NCBI GenBank assembly: GCA_905178155.1
Contig: CAJINV010000013.1
Coordinates: forward strand, 1 to 51,292
DNA: 51,292 bases
Source of the DNA: Amoebophrya sp. A120
Taxonomy: Eukaryota > Protista > Dinoflagellata
Direction: 5' to 3'
Positions within the stretch are counted from its first letter, which is position 1. The number at the start of each line of letters is the position of its first letter. The position numbers and the translations under genes are program-made. Positions 1 through 12,000 of the stretch are shown in pieces. The notes under the pieces are model-generated. The model was not told where the DNA came from and made no database searches. It saw only the letters and a list, made by a program, of their open reading frames with translations.

Positions 1-3000
1 GGGGGGGCCTGCGGTTCGGGGGCGGAGCGGCGGCTGGGCGGGAGGGGGCGGGAGGGGGGCGGGGGGGCTACGACATATCTCTAACCGCTCGCACTGTTGT
101 TCGACGAGCAACTGAAGCCGCTTCACATTACGTATGACGCGGGGAGTTTCTGCATGCTCTACCGGAATTACCGGAAAAACCAGACGCAGGATGGCACGTT
201 CTCCACTTGCCCGCGTCACTCGACGGAGCTGCAGCTGCCACGCGATGAGGTTTATGGCATGGCTACAATCATCTTCGAAGCCCCGCGCCCATTCCTGGCG
301 CGTATACGTCTGCAGGTCGCCTGTCAGAAAAAGACGGCCGAACCGCAAAACATGCGCCGCGCCGTCGCTTTTTGGAAAGACTCGGGCTTTGTCCTCATCT
401 TCTTCTGCAGCTTCATCTCGCCTGCGTTCGACTTCCCTGAACAAAGCCTGGAATAGGTCCTCCCTGGTAAGGCCCTTCCTGTTCGTGTTCGTGTTTAAAG
501 GGTGTTCTTCGGTAGTGAACGAGCGCGAACACGAGTGAGCGAGCGCGAAAGCGATGAATTTCAATTTTCAGTCTTGACTGCCTCATGTAACACAGTGGCG
601 GTCAGCAGTGTCCGAGTAGGGAGAGTCTCTGTGCAAGTTCTTTTCTTTCTGTGAATGCAGTTAGATCAAGCGTTACCACGGAAACATAAAAAAGGTAGAG
701 GCGACACCGGCGTGCCTGCTACCTATCCTCAGAAACAGATTTGAAAGCTGCTTTCCATGCCTGCAAACACGCCTGAAACTGGCGCCGTCATGATTTTGAT
801 TATCAATGTCAACGCTGTCGATAAAGTCATGGCAAATAAGTGGGAAAGGCGCCTACTTATTCTTGTATAATTCTATAATGCATGTATCTGAAACTAAATG
901 CCGAAGTGTGTGCTCCAAGAATCGCTCGGCCAAGCTCATAAAGCCGAAAAAACTCCATCAGAAGTAGTTTGTACTTTATACGAAAGTCGGCCGGTAGTTG
1001 TGTTTTCTTTCTAGCAAAGTGGATCTTTATATTCATGTAGATTAACGATGGTGGAAATTGTACAATAAAGGTAAGTAGTTCTCCGGACTTCTCAATCGTT
1101 TTCTTCTTTACAGAAAAACTATCCAAAAAACCAAATTTCTAAAGCCCCGGATCTGATAACCACTTCACTCTCCGTCTAGGAGTTCGAGAGATGCTTGTGC
1201 ACAGCCCAGTTTCAGTGGAATTCCGGTCCTAGCGCGGTACTCATAAAAAAGACGCAGCCCCCTAGCGCAGTCTTCTGGAGCGACCTTCATACGACAAGCT
1301 ACACAAAAAACCGACTGGAGGGAGGCAGTTCTGTGCAGGTAAAGAATAAATAAGCATCAAAAAAATGCACGACCCCGATACGTAGCTTTTCAAAAAATTC
1401 CAGTATCGTCATTTAAAGCCTCTTCATCACCATGACTACGCTTTCTTCACGCACCTGGCTGAGCACATGAGCTGCGCAAGAAGCAAAAGTCGGCTAGATG
1501 CTAGCGCCATTTCTACTGACTGGCGTTTACTGCAGCACAAATCTCCGGAAGTGGTTCCAGTCCGCCACACCTACGAGGTGCATGTCACTTGTTTTCAGTG
1601 CATGCTGCAACTCCCTCCATCCAGCAAAAGTTTCGTACACTACCTTCTTCCAGTGGTTCAGCTGGTCAACCATCACTCGCTGTTCTTCCTCGCTGTACCT
1701 GCTCGCCTCGTTCCGCGCGAATGAGTATGGGCTGCAAACACGTCCTTGTGAATTGCAGCGGAAAGATGCTACGTGTATGATAATCTCAAGTAGGCAGGCG
1801 GAATTGTGTCATGCACGAGACCTTTTTAGCAAGCGCGCGATCACTGTGGGAGTACAATGCAAATGCTGAAGTGCCTTCATGATGAGTAAAGTATTCTTCG
1901 CTGCGTGCTAAATTTGGATCAGCTAGACTCAACAGTACTTCTGTAGGAAAAAAATGCCTCGGCATCAAAAGTATCCGAGCATCTTCCAAACCACGGGAAA
2001 TGCTTGCCATCGATAGCCTGACCCCAAAGGTCGTCGCATAGCGCCACTTCGCCATGGCCTCGCGGACATTTTCCTGGTGCACAACAACGCCGCGCTTCTC
2101 CGCTCGCTCTTGGTCTGCGTCAAACACCGCGGCCAAATCGTGCTGCCCCATCAAAATCGCAACATAAGCAGGCAACTGCAGCTCGTCTTTCAGGTGCGGA
2201 AAAGCCGCTCCAGGCATCGTGACGTAGCTGAGGTACTGCTTCAGCGTCAGGGTGAACAGGTCTTCACCCGCGTCACCATCCGGATTTGCGAATAGGCGGC
2301 GATGAACTTGAAACGCAGACGTCTTCATCTTGCCGACAAACGACTGGAAACGCGCTTGCCACAGCACAAGCAGGGCTATTGATTCCAGTAGCGGCCGGCT
2401 CTGCCGGTCTACTAGTCTTCTCTTCAAAGAGTCCCTCGGAAAAAGTTCCGCAAGCGACGTCGACAAAAGCAAACCTTTATCTACACCATCCCAGACCCGC
2501 GCGAACAGTGGCGGCGCTCGTCCCACATCCGCATTGCCGTTTTGATCAACAAAGTGATCGAAATTTTCCAAGAAATACTCCTTCCACAGCTCTTCTCTGT
2601 CGGAACGCGGTGGATAGTTTTCCCATAATAGATCCGCAACCTGTTTCGAAACTAACTTGTCCGCGGCTCCCTCAGCGTCATCACAAAGAAAACGAACAGC
2701 AAGCTAAGCTATATCATGCTCCATCATATTTGAATTGTGCTGCTATGGGCTCACTATTTTTCGCGCTGCATGATTCTGAAATAGGAATACTCATCGATCT
2801 GTTTTGCAAAACGCAGACAAAAGTCCTATTCTCAGAACTAAAAAAACAGCGTCGAAGCCTTGCTGAGACTAAGAGAGCGTCACGTTGTAATCTGAAATAA
2901 ACATCACGACTAGGGGGAATGCTGGAAAACTGTCATGCTAAAGTGGAACTCCTTGCTTTTGTTGTTGCCGGTCATTCCAGGCACGGCCTATTGGATCAGT

Positions 3001-6000
3001 GATCAGTTATGGCCATGCTTTTCTTTGTGATACGCCCACTCCTCGTCGAATCCGCGCAGCGAATTCCAGTGACGCTTTGCGCCGTTCCAGGCGAAGCCGT
3101 TCTTCGCGTCTAGCAAGTGTTCGTCGATGTGGTCGCGCAGCTCTACAATATTCGCGTGCCCCTCTCGTAGAAGGGCATTCTCTTTTGAGGTGAGCCATCC
3201 TGTTGCCACAGAGTCGTATTCCAGGAGTTTGATTCTAATGTTGTGGCCCTGCCTCTCGTGGTTCTAGTGGTAGTCGTCAACAATTTGCCAGAGTGTCTGC
3301 TCAACTCTTTCCGCGACCTGAAAGTCGCGGCTGAAAGTTTGCAGGGCCGCCACATCGTTCTGCCCGCGGTATTCTGCTGGATGAGCAGTGGCCACAAGGG
3401 TCGAGTGTTCGTCAAAGATCTCACGGATGCGTCTCGCCAAGTTCGCCTCATCACCGCGGCACAGCGTTCGAATCTTTCGGGCGAAGCGCTCCCTGGGATT
3501 TTCGTTTTCGATCTTCAGCTTCATTACTAGTTGACCCGCATAATCTATGCGAGGGCGGTTCTCCTCTTCCAAAGCAAGCAAGGAGTTCATTCCGCAAGTG
3601 TTATTCGTGGAGTTATGCAAGAGCCAAAGCGTGCGTGCTAGTGTAGGTCTGTGATGCGAAACATGCAAGGGGGTTGCGCCTGTCATTCTTGCTAAGCGTC
3701 GTTGGACATTCATATGCGTTTTCCCATGCCGATTATCTGTGCATGAGAGATTTGCAATGCTCGCCTCCCAAAAAAGTGATACAACTAGCCACACTTTGCT
3801 TTCCTCCATATGAGTCCGTGTCCAGCCAATACCACTGAATCTCATCACCGGTCTATCCTGAGTCAAAACGTCTCCACCCCATACCTATAATTTGTCATGC
3901 TAGTAAACAGAAGTGCGCCGCACCTTGCGTCCCCCTGTACAAACGGCCACAGATGCCTGTCACGCTGGACAGGTCGGTCAGGGGGACACCGAGACACCAC
4001 TCCCATATTTGTCGTGGTAAACAGAGACATAACTCCACTGGGAGCGCAAATTTGTCATGCGCAACAGCCAAACCAGATTTACGATCTTGGCAATGGGGTA
4101 GAGACGTTTTTGTTGAGCATATGATCGGAGACTGGGGATCTATAATCGCCTCGTCTGCAGACATCCTTCCGCACTCTCCTTCTGTCTTCAGTATCTTGCC
4201 CTCCTTAGAGTCAAGGTACCGGTAAAAATCAGAATGAAACGCGGCGAGAGCCGCGCCGTTTTCGTTGCCACTGTTACTCGGAGAAGCTGGCTGTGGTGCG
4301 GACGGTTCGGACGCACCTGCGGGCTGTTGGTGTTCCTGCTTAGCGTTAGGATCGCGCCGCGCCGCCCGAGGCGTAGCTCGAAATTCCAAAAACGCAGCTG
4401 CTCCTTCCTGTCAGTACTGCTCCAGCCAACGAGGCGGCTCCGCTTCCAGCAGCGGCGCTTGATAATTGTACAGAAAGGGAACCCGCGAAGAGCTCTGGGA
4501 GAGATTGAGCAATTGCTCTTTCGACTCATTTTGTATCTGAGACTGGTGCTGTTTCAACTTCTGCGCGTGGTCTTCTTCCAGTTCATGCTGCGCTATGTAA
4601 CTGTCGACGAAAGTTCCAACCGCTCCAGCAAACAGCCGCTGCAACTCAGTCTCTGAATACATCAATTCTTCGCCACGACCATTGCTAGCGCGATGGCCCG
4701 TTTTCTCTCTTCCAAGCTCGTCGGGCTGTAGAACGACCCTGTACTCCAGCAGCGGTTCTTGGCGGTTATGGTCGCCAATGGATGCAAACAACGTAGACCA
4801 ATTTGCATTTGGCTTAAGGCGCTCCGGGTGCGTCGCTATGTCCCGTTTCCGTTCCTCGTCTAAAATCGCTTCAACACTGCTTGAATGTTCCGGCGCTGGC
4901 GCGCTGTCGCCGCCGCCGTCAAACTCTGGACCTGACATATCCACATCGTCCGTGGTGTTATCTCCTGTGGGATGGCCAGGCTCAGTGTGGTGCCCCGCAG
5001 ATTGCTCTTCATTAGCTCTCGCCGAGTTGTTGGCACCCCACAGAGCATGATCCGCGCCCCCAGTGAAGGTTGGAGGCACTTGGCGATCGCCTCCCAGCGC
5101 AACCGATCCACATCCACCAGAAGCAAACTGCTCCGGGTCTTCAAGTCCTTTCTCAGAGACGAGGGAAAGCGTATGCATCTTGGCTGCCAACATTGCTGAC
5201 TCAGTGTCCAGCCCTTCTCCCGGTCGCAGAGAATCGTCGCTATCCCCCTCCGCGCCCTCGTCCTCATCGCATTCCTCTCCTTCTGAAGGAGGCAGAGAAT
5301 TGTCCGACTCGGCGACCTTGTCCTCCTGGCAATTAACACGGCCTATCGGCACCGGGTCTAGCTTCTGTATCTTCGTCACCTGGAGGTACCCAGCAATGGT
5401 CTTCTTCGTCACTTCGTCCGAACTTCCTTCGACGATACCTAAGACGACGGGCACTAGCCCGAGTCGGGCATCTGCTAAATTTCCCTTCAGACTTTCTAGG
5501 TTTTTCGCGACATCTGCTGCTTTGGGACCACCCGGCCCGAAGACATATCCTTTCGGCAAGATGCACAGGAGCCTGAGCAACTGAGTAGCTGGGCTCGCTT
5601 GCTGTCGTTTTCGCGCCAAAAGCCCGAGGTCCGACATCCTTTCCAAGCTGCGGCGGTACAGATCGAGGGTGATTCTATGAAGATCAACCATCTGCAGTTC
5701 GGGACCAGCTTCTTCCTCACTCTGGAGAAAGCGGCTCCAAGCGAATTTACTTGAAAATTTACGCAGTCTCATCGCCCACGCGATGCGGGCAGCGAATATC
5801 CACCACTTCCTCCTTTTTACTGCAGTAATATCTACGCCTTTTTTGGGCATCTCGGGGCGCAGGTAAATATCACTCCCGCTCGCCGCATGAGGATCGGCAG
5901 CCCGCCCTCGAGCAGGTGACAATACATCTGGAAAATGTCTTCTCACAATTGTTTGCAGCTCAAACAGTGGCCCAAGGTCATTTTCGTGTTCTGCGAATAG

Positions 6001-9000
6001 CGCATCGAAAGCATCTTTCAGGTCCTGCGACTGAGGCCTCGGCTTCGTGAGAACCTTGTGGTGTAGATGCTTTGCCAGTTCCTCCATGGACTCGATCTTT
6101 GCGACCCCATTCTCAAAGTCCGCTCCTCCCTTCATCTTGTCTTTGAAGTACTTGGTGTTTAAGGCCTGGTCTTGAAGCAGCTCCGCAAATCTCACCAGCA
6201 TGGTCCGTGTTCTAGGCGTCCTCATCATTTCTAGCATCTTCTGCTGGAATTCCGCAACGAAGTCGGGATGGCTCGTGCGAAGTTGTAGGAGTACAACTTC
6301 TTGGGAGTTTCCACCGGGGCCGCGACTGGCGAAGATACTGCCCCATAACTCCTCCGCTGCGAGGCCACGCAGCTCATCCATACTTACTTCACGCTGGGAC
6401 ACGTCTACCGGCCCATCTGGCTGGACAGCGAGGGGATGAGTTTTGTCTGGGTCGGCTTCGCGGCCCTCTTCTTCGGCCCGCCCCCTCTGTCGAACGGCGG
6501 CATTTGTATATGCTTCGATCGCACTGGCAATTTCCGAAGCGCGTTTCTCGTCCGTCTCATTGGCTTTAGCAATCTCAAAGAATGCTGCTGCCTTGTCGGG
6601 CTTCGCGTGCGCGTCGACAGTGCTCTCGAGAACGGTGTCTAGCACAGCGCGCAACGGCTGAGGCAGAGTAGAGGACAAGTCGCTTGCCTCCGCGAGGCCC
6701 CAAGCTTCTTTCCATCGTATGAGTACACTGTTGAAGATGCTGGCGTATTCCCTGTGGTCCCGAAAAACCTCCAGTGGAATTGCGGGAGGCTCTTGCGCGG
6801 GCGCAGCGATATGCTGATACAATGCACGTGCATTCGCTACTCCTGCCAGTGTTACAGGAACTTCTTCCCCCAGCCTATTTTCGGGAACCACAAGGGGCTT
6901 ATGGGTCACCTCGAAATTTTCCTGATAACTTCTCCCTAGTTGGTGCGTGTGCACTGCTCCCCTGATCTTCGTTGTTGTAGTTCCTGGGTTTACAACGGCA
7001 TCGCCCGACACCTCTGGCTTCTGCTGGAACGCACTTCGCCTTTCCGCCCTTGGCGCCTGCGCGGTCTTCGACAAGCCAAGGTAGGTGAGCTTCTTTTTCC
7101 TGGCGTCAAAATCAGCGGGAGAAGCTTCGTGCGATTCCTCTATTGTCGGCGAGGAGAATCGCCGCGGGGCGCCGCCCGTGGCGTCCTGGCTTCGTGGTAA
7201 CTGATCTTCGTCCATCGTGACGCCCATGTCCTCGTCTCCGCCGACTGAACTTGCACCGGAAGACAGCGAATAGCAGGCCGCTGGGTGTCGCACGCCACGG
7301 GCAGCAGAGGCTTGGAACATAACCCCCGCGTCGCCGCCCTGATCGCCGATGTTTTCCTGCTGTGCCGCCTCTTGTTGGCCCACCACCTCTGCGTCTTCAT
7401 CGCTCGCAACGCCAGCACTTGTTTCTCCTACAGAGACACCTTGACTGCTGCCCTCAAACGAATTAGGAGGGTCTGTTTCACATTGCTGACGCCCGAGTTC
7501 GACCACTGGTGTTGGGTCGTTGGCTTTTTCTTGCTGCTCGCGAGCCCGGCTGTAGTTGATCTCCATCTGCTGGCGAGCCACGGAAGTCTTTCCATCATCG
7601 GCCTTTTCGAAAATGTGGACAAGCTCCTCCAGCAGGCACAGTGAGAGCTCGGAGGGTATCAAGCGAAAGAAAAAACCCGCCCCATAAGTACTACTTATAG
7701 AAAAATTTGCGTGGCGTTCCATGGTTTTTTCGCAACCGGGATGCTTCCGATCATGACCTGTGCATGCAAGTGACCTCTTTGTGTCCGAGAGCCCTACCTT
7801 GCAGGGGGAGAACGAGCGCGGTGGCAACAAATTAGCAAGTAAGCCGCAAGAATTCGCCTTTTCAACTATGACACAACAAAGCTGCCCTACCCACCACAGT
7901 TATCGTGCGAGGCAGTGTCTATAAGGAAAGGACGCATCAAGTCTGAGGAGTACTGAGCCGAGCTACTTACACGATTTGTGATCTAGCAAATTCTTTTGAG
8001 TATGGAAATGGGGGGTCGATTGCTTGCAGTAGTGGTGATGCGTCCGAGAGCGCTTCGCACGCTCTGCTCGGCGTCTTGCGCAGATCGGCCAGTGGTCTGA
8101 AAAAAAAGCGCGTCCGCGTATTCCAGGACTTCAGGTCCCTTCTCTAGTGCGAAATACTGCACAAAAAGATCGCGCAGTTCAAAGAAGCGATTATTTGGTC
8201 GTATCAAATCTTTTTTCGGGATCTCGCCAACGCGGGTCTCGTGCGCGACCCAATGTTGGGCGAGGTGGTGCAGCGCCAAAGTGATTTGCTGAGCTCGGCC
8301 AGACTCCAAGACACGCTTCGCTGTTTCCCAAACGAACTTACGCTCATCCAAGCCGAGCGACTCACAACGGCGAAAGACGTACTGCGAAACTGGCAAGCGT
8401 CCCTCTTCCTCGGGAGAGATTACAGGACTTCCGGGCGCCTTATCGCCCGGGTCGTCGGGTGCACAGCCTTTGTTTTCTTCCGAAAGGCAGGAGACATCGA
8501 CACTTTCGGAATCCGAACCCGAACTGCCGTCCCTCAACATCTTCGTGTATTTGCGGCGTTCCGAGACTGCCTGTTCATAACGGAATTTGCTTGTCTTCTG
8601 GGAGGAGTTTGAGATCCCCGGTGGGTTGCGTTCAGCCTCGTGTGTCAGCCCGCGCCAGATCTGCAAGATGCATTCGTATTCTTCAGTATGCAGGCCATAT
8701 CAGGCGATGGGAAGTACTTTCCGAAATGATTAGAGTGCGATGCAAAATCAAAAGTCGAAGTCTGAGCAGTCATCTTAGTGAAGAAGTCTGCACGTCGTCG
8801 GCATGATCACGAATGAAGAATACCATAAAGAGCAGTCGATGGGTCGGAAATAACACACTCACGCTAACGCACAGTGTCAAAAATCATGCTCATTGTGGTA
8901 TGCTCATCTACTCGCTTTCATGAATATTTCCCACTCTGGACCACTTCCATACGCTCTCCCTGCCGCTCGTGACTTCAGGCGGTGCTGCTCCGGCAGGAAA

Positions 9001-12000
9001 CTTGCCGCGGCGCGGGCGAGATATTGCTGCCCTGAGGCTTTTTCAAAAAAATGACTCGGGTAATGGTGGTAGTAGTGCTGAAGCTTTTCTTTCACCTTCG
9101 CTTCTCGCTCTTCCGGGTCCTGATCTGCACCCTGGCCCGGTAATTCCGGGTCCTCCGTCTTCCATTCCTCGTGCAACGCGGCCCAAAAAAAACTAGGCAA
9201 AAAGGTCCGGGCAGTGTTGTGCTTTTTGATGCGCAGCCACCGTTCCAACATGAATATTTGGCTTGCCGTAATTTTCTGATTCCATTTTTTCTTGCCATCC
9301 TCAAAATACTTTAGCAGACTGGCGGAGGTCAGCTGTAGGTGCAAGGTCGCCTTGAAATACTCCTGCAGCTGCGTTGTTGCATACCGTTTCCACTCCGAAA
9401 CTGCAGGTGACGTGAAGCACGCGCTTTCCAACTCGGAAGTGCGCGCGTTTTCTCTTAGGGGCTCATCGGCACGAGTGCGCAACCCCTGGGCAATGCCACG
9501 CGGCGATGCGACAGGATCGCCATCGGGAGCATGAGCCGTTTCATCTGTGACGCCGGCAGGCTGTTGCTGCGTCTGCGCAATCCATTCAGAGACGCACTTC
9601 ATGCGTTCTTCCCTGTTCTTCGCGCTTGTTTCGAACAGTGCGCGACTCTGCGCGGAAACCCCTTCTGCTACGCGCTGCCTATGTTCATGCAGGAACTGCT
9701 TCTGCAAGTGCTCGGAGATGGTCTGAATATCCTTCAGCGGGATTGTCAGGTCCGGAACTTGCCCGGTGGGCGCAGTCAGCGTCTCCTTGCAAAACTCGTT
9801 GATCAACTTGAGCGGGCCGGGCACGTCGTAAAAATCAAAGAGAAGACGCTGCCTGAGTTCGGGGTACTCGTCGGTCCCGGCATTCGGGCCCATCGCGCCA
9901 CTGGGAGTGGGTGCTGCCACGTCCATTCCTTCAACTTGCCAGCCACCTTCGCTCGTGGCGCCGCCTTGGACATCATGGCTCCCGTTTTCGTCCTCGCGGA
10001 ATGCAAGCAACCCCCGGTCAGCCAAGTATAAAGCGTAGAAAGTGCGCTCCAACCTCTCAACAAGCTCGGCGTCTTTGTTCTCGTCCTGATTCAATGTCAC
10101 ACGGCCTACCCCAGTTTTGTGTAAGTTGGCGTGCGCAACGAGCTCATCCCAAAACCTGTAGCTGTCGCGCGTCCCAAACACTTCTCCATCACCGTCTGCT
10201 GCAGAAAGAGACTGCAATGGACGTGGTCGCTTGCTGCGCCAAGATTCAGGGGAAATGTAGCCGGACTGGCGAGCATGGACCAGCAACTCATTTTGTAAAT
10301 TTACCACCTCTTGAAACGCCTTTTCCATTTTGCCACCTAACCCAAACAGCTCCTGCAGGGTTTGACTCCAGACCTTGTTGAGATAGCGGCTCCGTGGTTC
10401 AACGCCCGCTCCTGAAACGCGAAGAAAGTCGACGCAAGTCGTATTGCTGTCGCCCTCTAACGCTGGAAGTGCGTTCTTGTCGGCGGCGAGCTGGATCAAA
10501 CATGCGGCAGCGATCTTTCCCGCGCGCAAGTCCGTAGCCGTAAAGCCGCCGTTTCTCTCGGGACCTTGCGAAGCTAGATCATCGAGCACAGCACCAAATG
10601 CTTTGCGTGGGGAGTAGCGGCTTGCCTCGAGGCATTGGGTTAGATGTGACCACAGGCGAAGTGCCGGGAAGATTAAAGTGGGTCCATTCAGCGCTCTGAA
10701 GAGCTGCATGCGCCAGTTTGTCGCGTTACTGGAGAAGGACCCAAATAAAGTGCCAAAAATTTTCAGAGGTGCAACCTGCTTTACAGTACTGTCCGAGAGA
10801 TGGCGATTTCTAGTAGCCTCAAGGCGCGCCCGAACAATGTTTTCGATTTCGAAACCCCTTGCCAAACGGCTCTCGATTTTCTGCTCGCTTTCTGCCGGGT
10901 CGGGCCAGTCCTGAAACGCTTCGCCCTCCGCCTTTTTGTTCTCCTCCAACCATTGGTGGGCCCGTTTTGGAGGTCCTTGCACCTTCAAGATCTTGGTCGC
11001 TGCGTCATGGAACGGCTTCAGCATCGCCTTTTGCGCGTCCGGGCAGTCGGGAAGCACTGGGCGCACGACGCGGCGAAGGGCCTCGCGCTCCCAATACCTC
11101 CGGTGCTTCGTTGTAGTGAAACTTTGAAAATACGGAAGGTAGTCTGCGACGGAGCTCGTGCGCACCTCAGGCTTATTGGTTGCCAGACTGGGGTTCTCAT
11201 ACACTGAGGCAATCTTGGGGTCGTTCGGGTCGTTGTTCCACGTCGCGCCGATCTCTGCCTTTGCCTCATTGTCAAGGCGGACGACATCCCGTAGGTCCAC
11301 TGCCTTCTCGATATTACTGGCAACGTGCTGAAACACCGCGGCTATACCAAGGGCCGTCAGATCTACCCCGTCTTCGCTGCGCAACCGATCCCGGAAAAAT
11401 CGCACGTCGAGCAGCAGATCCTCACTCGCAGCAGAGAGATGAGTCAGCTCATCTACTGCGGCACTGTGACCAAAGGCACGAGCGTCACCGCCGCTTGATC
11501 CAGCTGGCGCAGATAGACTTCCAGATTCCGCGGAGCTTCTACCTGGTCCAATAACGATGTCCGTAAGCACACGGCTTGCGTGCACGAGCGCCAAGAGTAG
11601 CTGCCGCTCCGTACGCCCTACGTCGCGCCGGGGCCCCCAAGAGTACAGACGGGAGTAGCTGTAGTCTCTGCGAGCCACAGTTTCCGGCCGAGTCAGGTCT
11701 TCTTCGGGCGTGAAGTCGTTCTCTTTCAGCGCGCTCTCGCGTCGGTCTTCCGGTAAACTTCGCCGGGCCCGCGATGAATGGCGCTGCCAACTAATAGCCG
11801 CTCTATCAAATATCCCATCATTGTCTGCCAACACGTCTCCCGTGGGGCCTTCCTCCCTTAGCGCGTCCAAACTCGACCCGCGTGATTCTCCAATGCCCCT
11901 GACGTCGATGAAGTACGCTGTTCCGTACACCAACTCGTTGCTCAAGGTGCCGATCTTTCTGGGGTCGTCAGCGGGCAACTCGTTGCCATGTGCATCCGTC

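Noticed and set aside
568-4413. Genome-wide stop-codon reassignment (TAR=Gln, TGA=Trp)
   Set aside because: Exons of over 1,000 codons contain no stops, and most apparent in-frame stops (1413, 1494, 1527, 3264, 4411) can be placed inside candidate introns.
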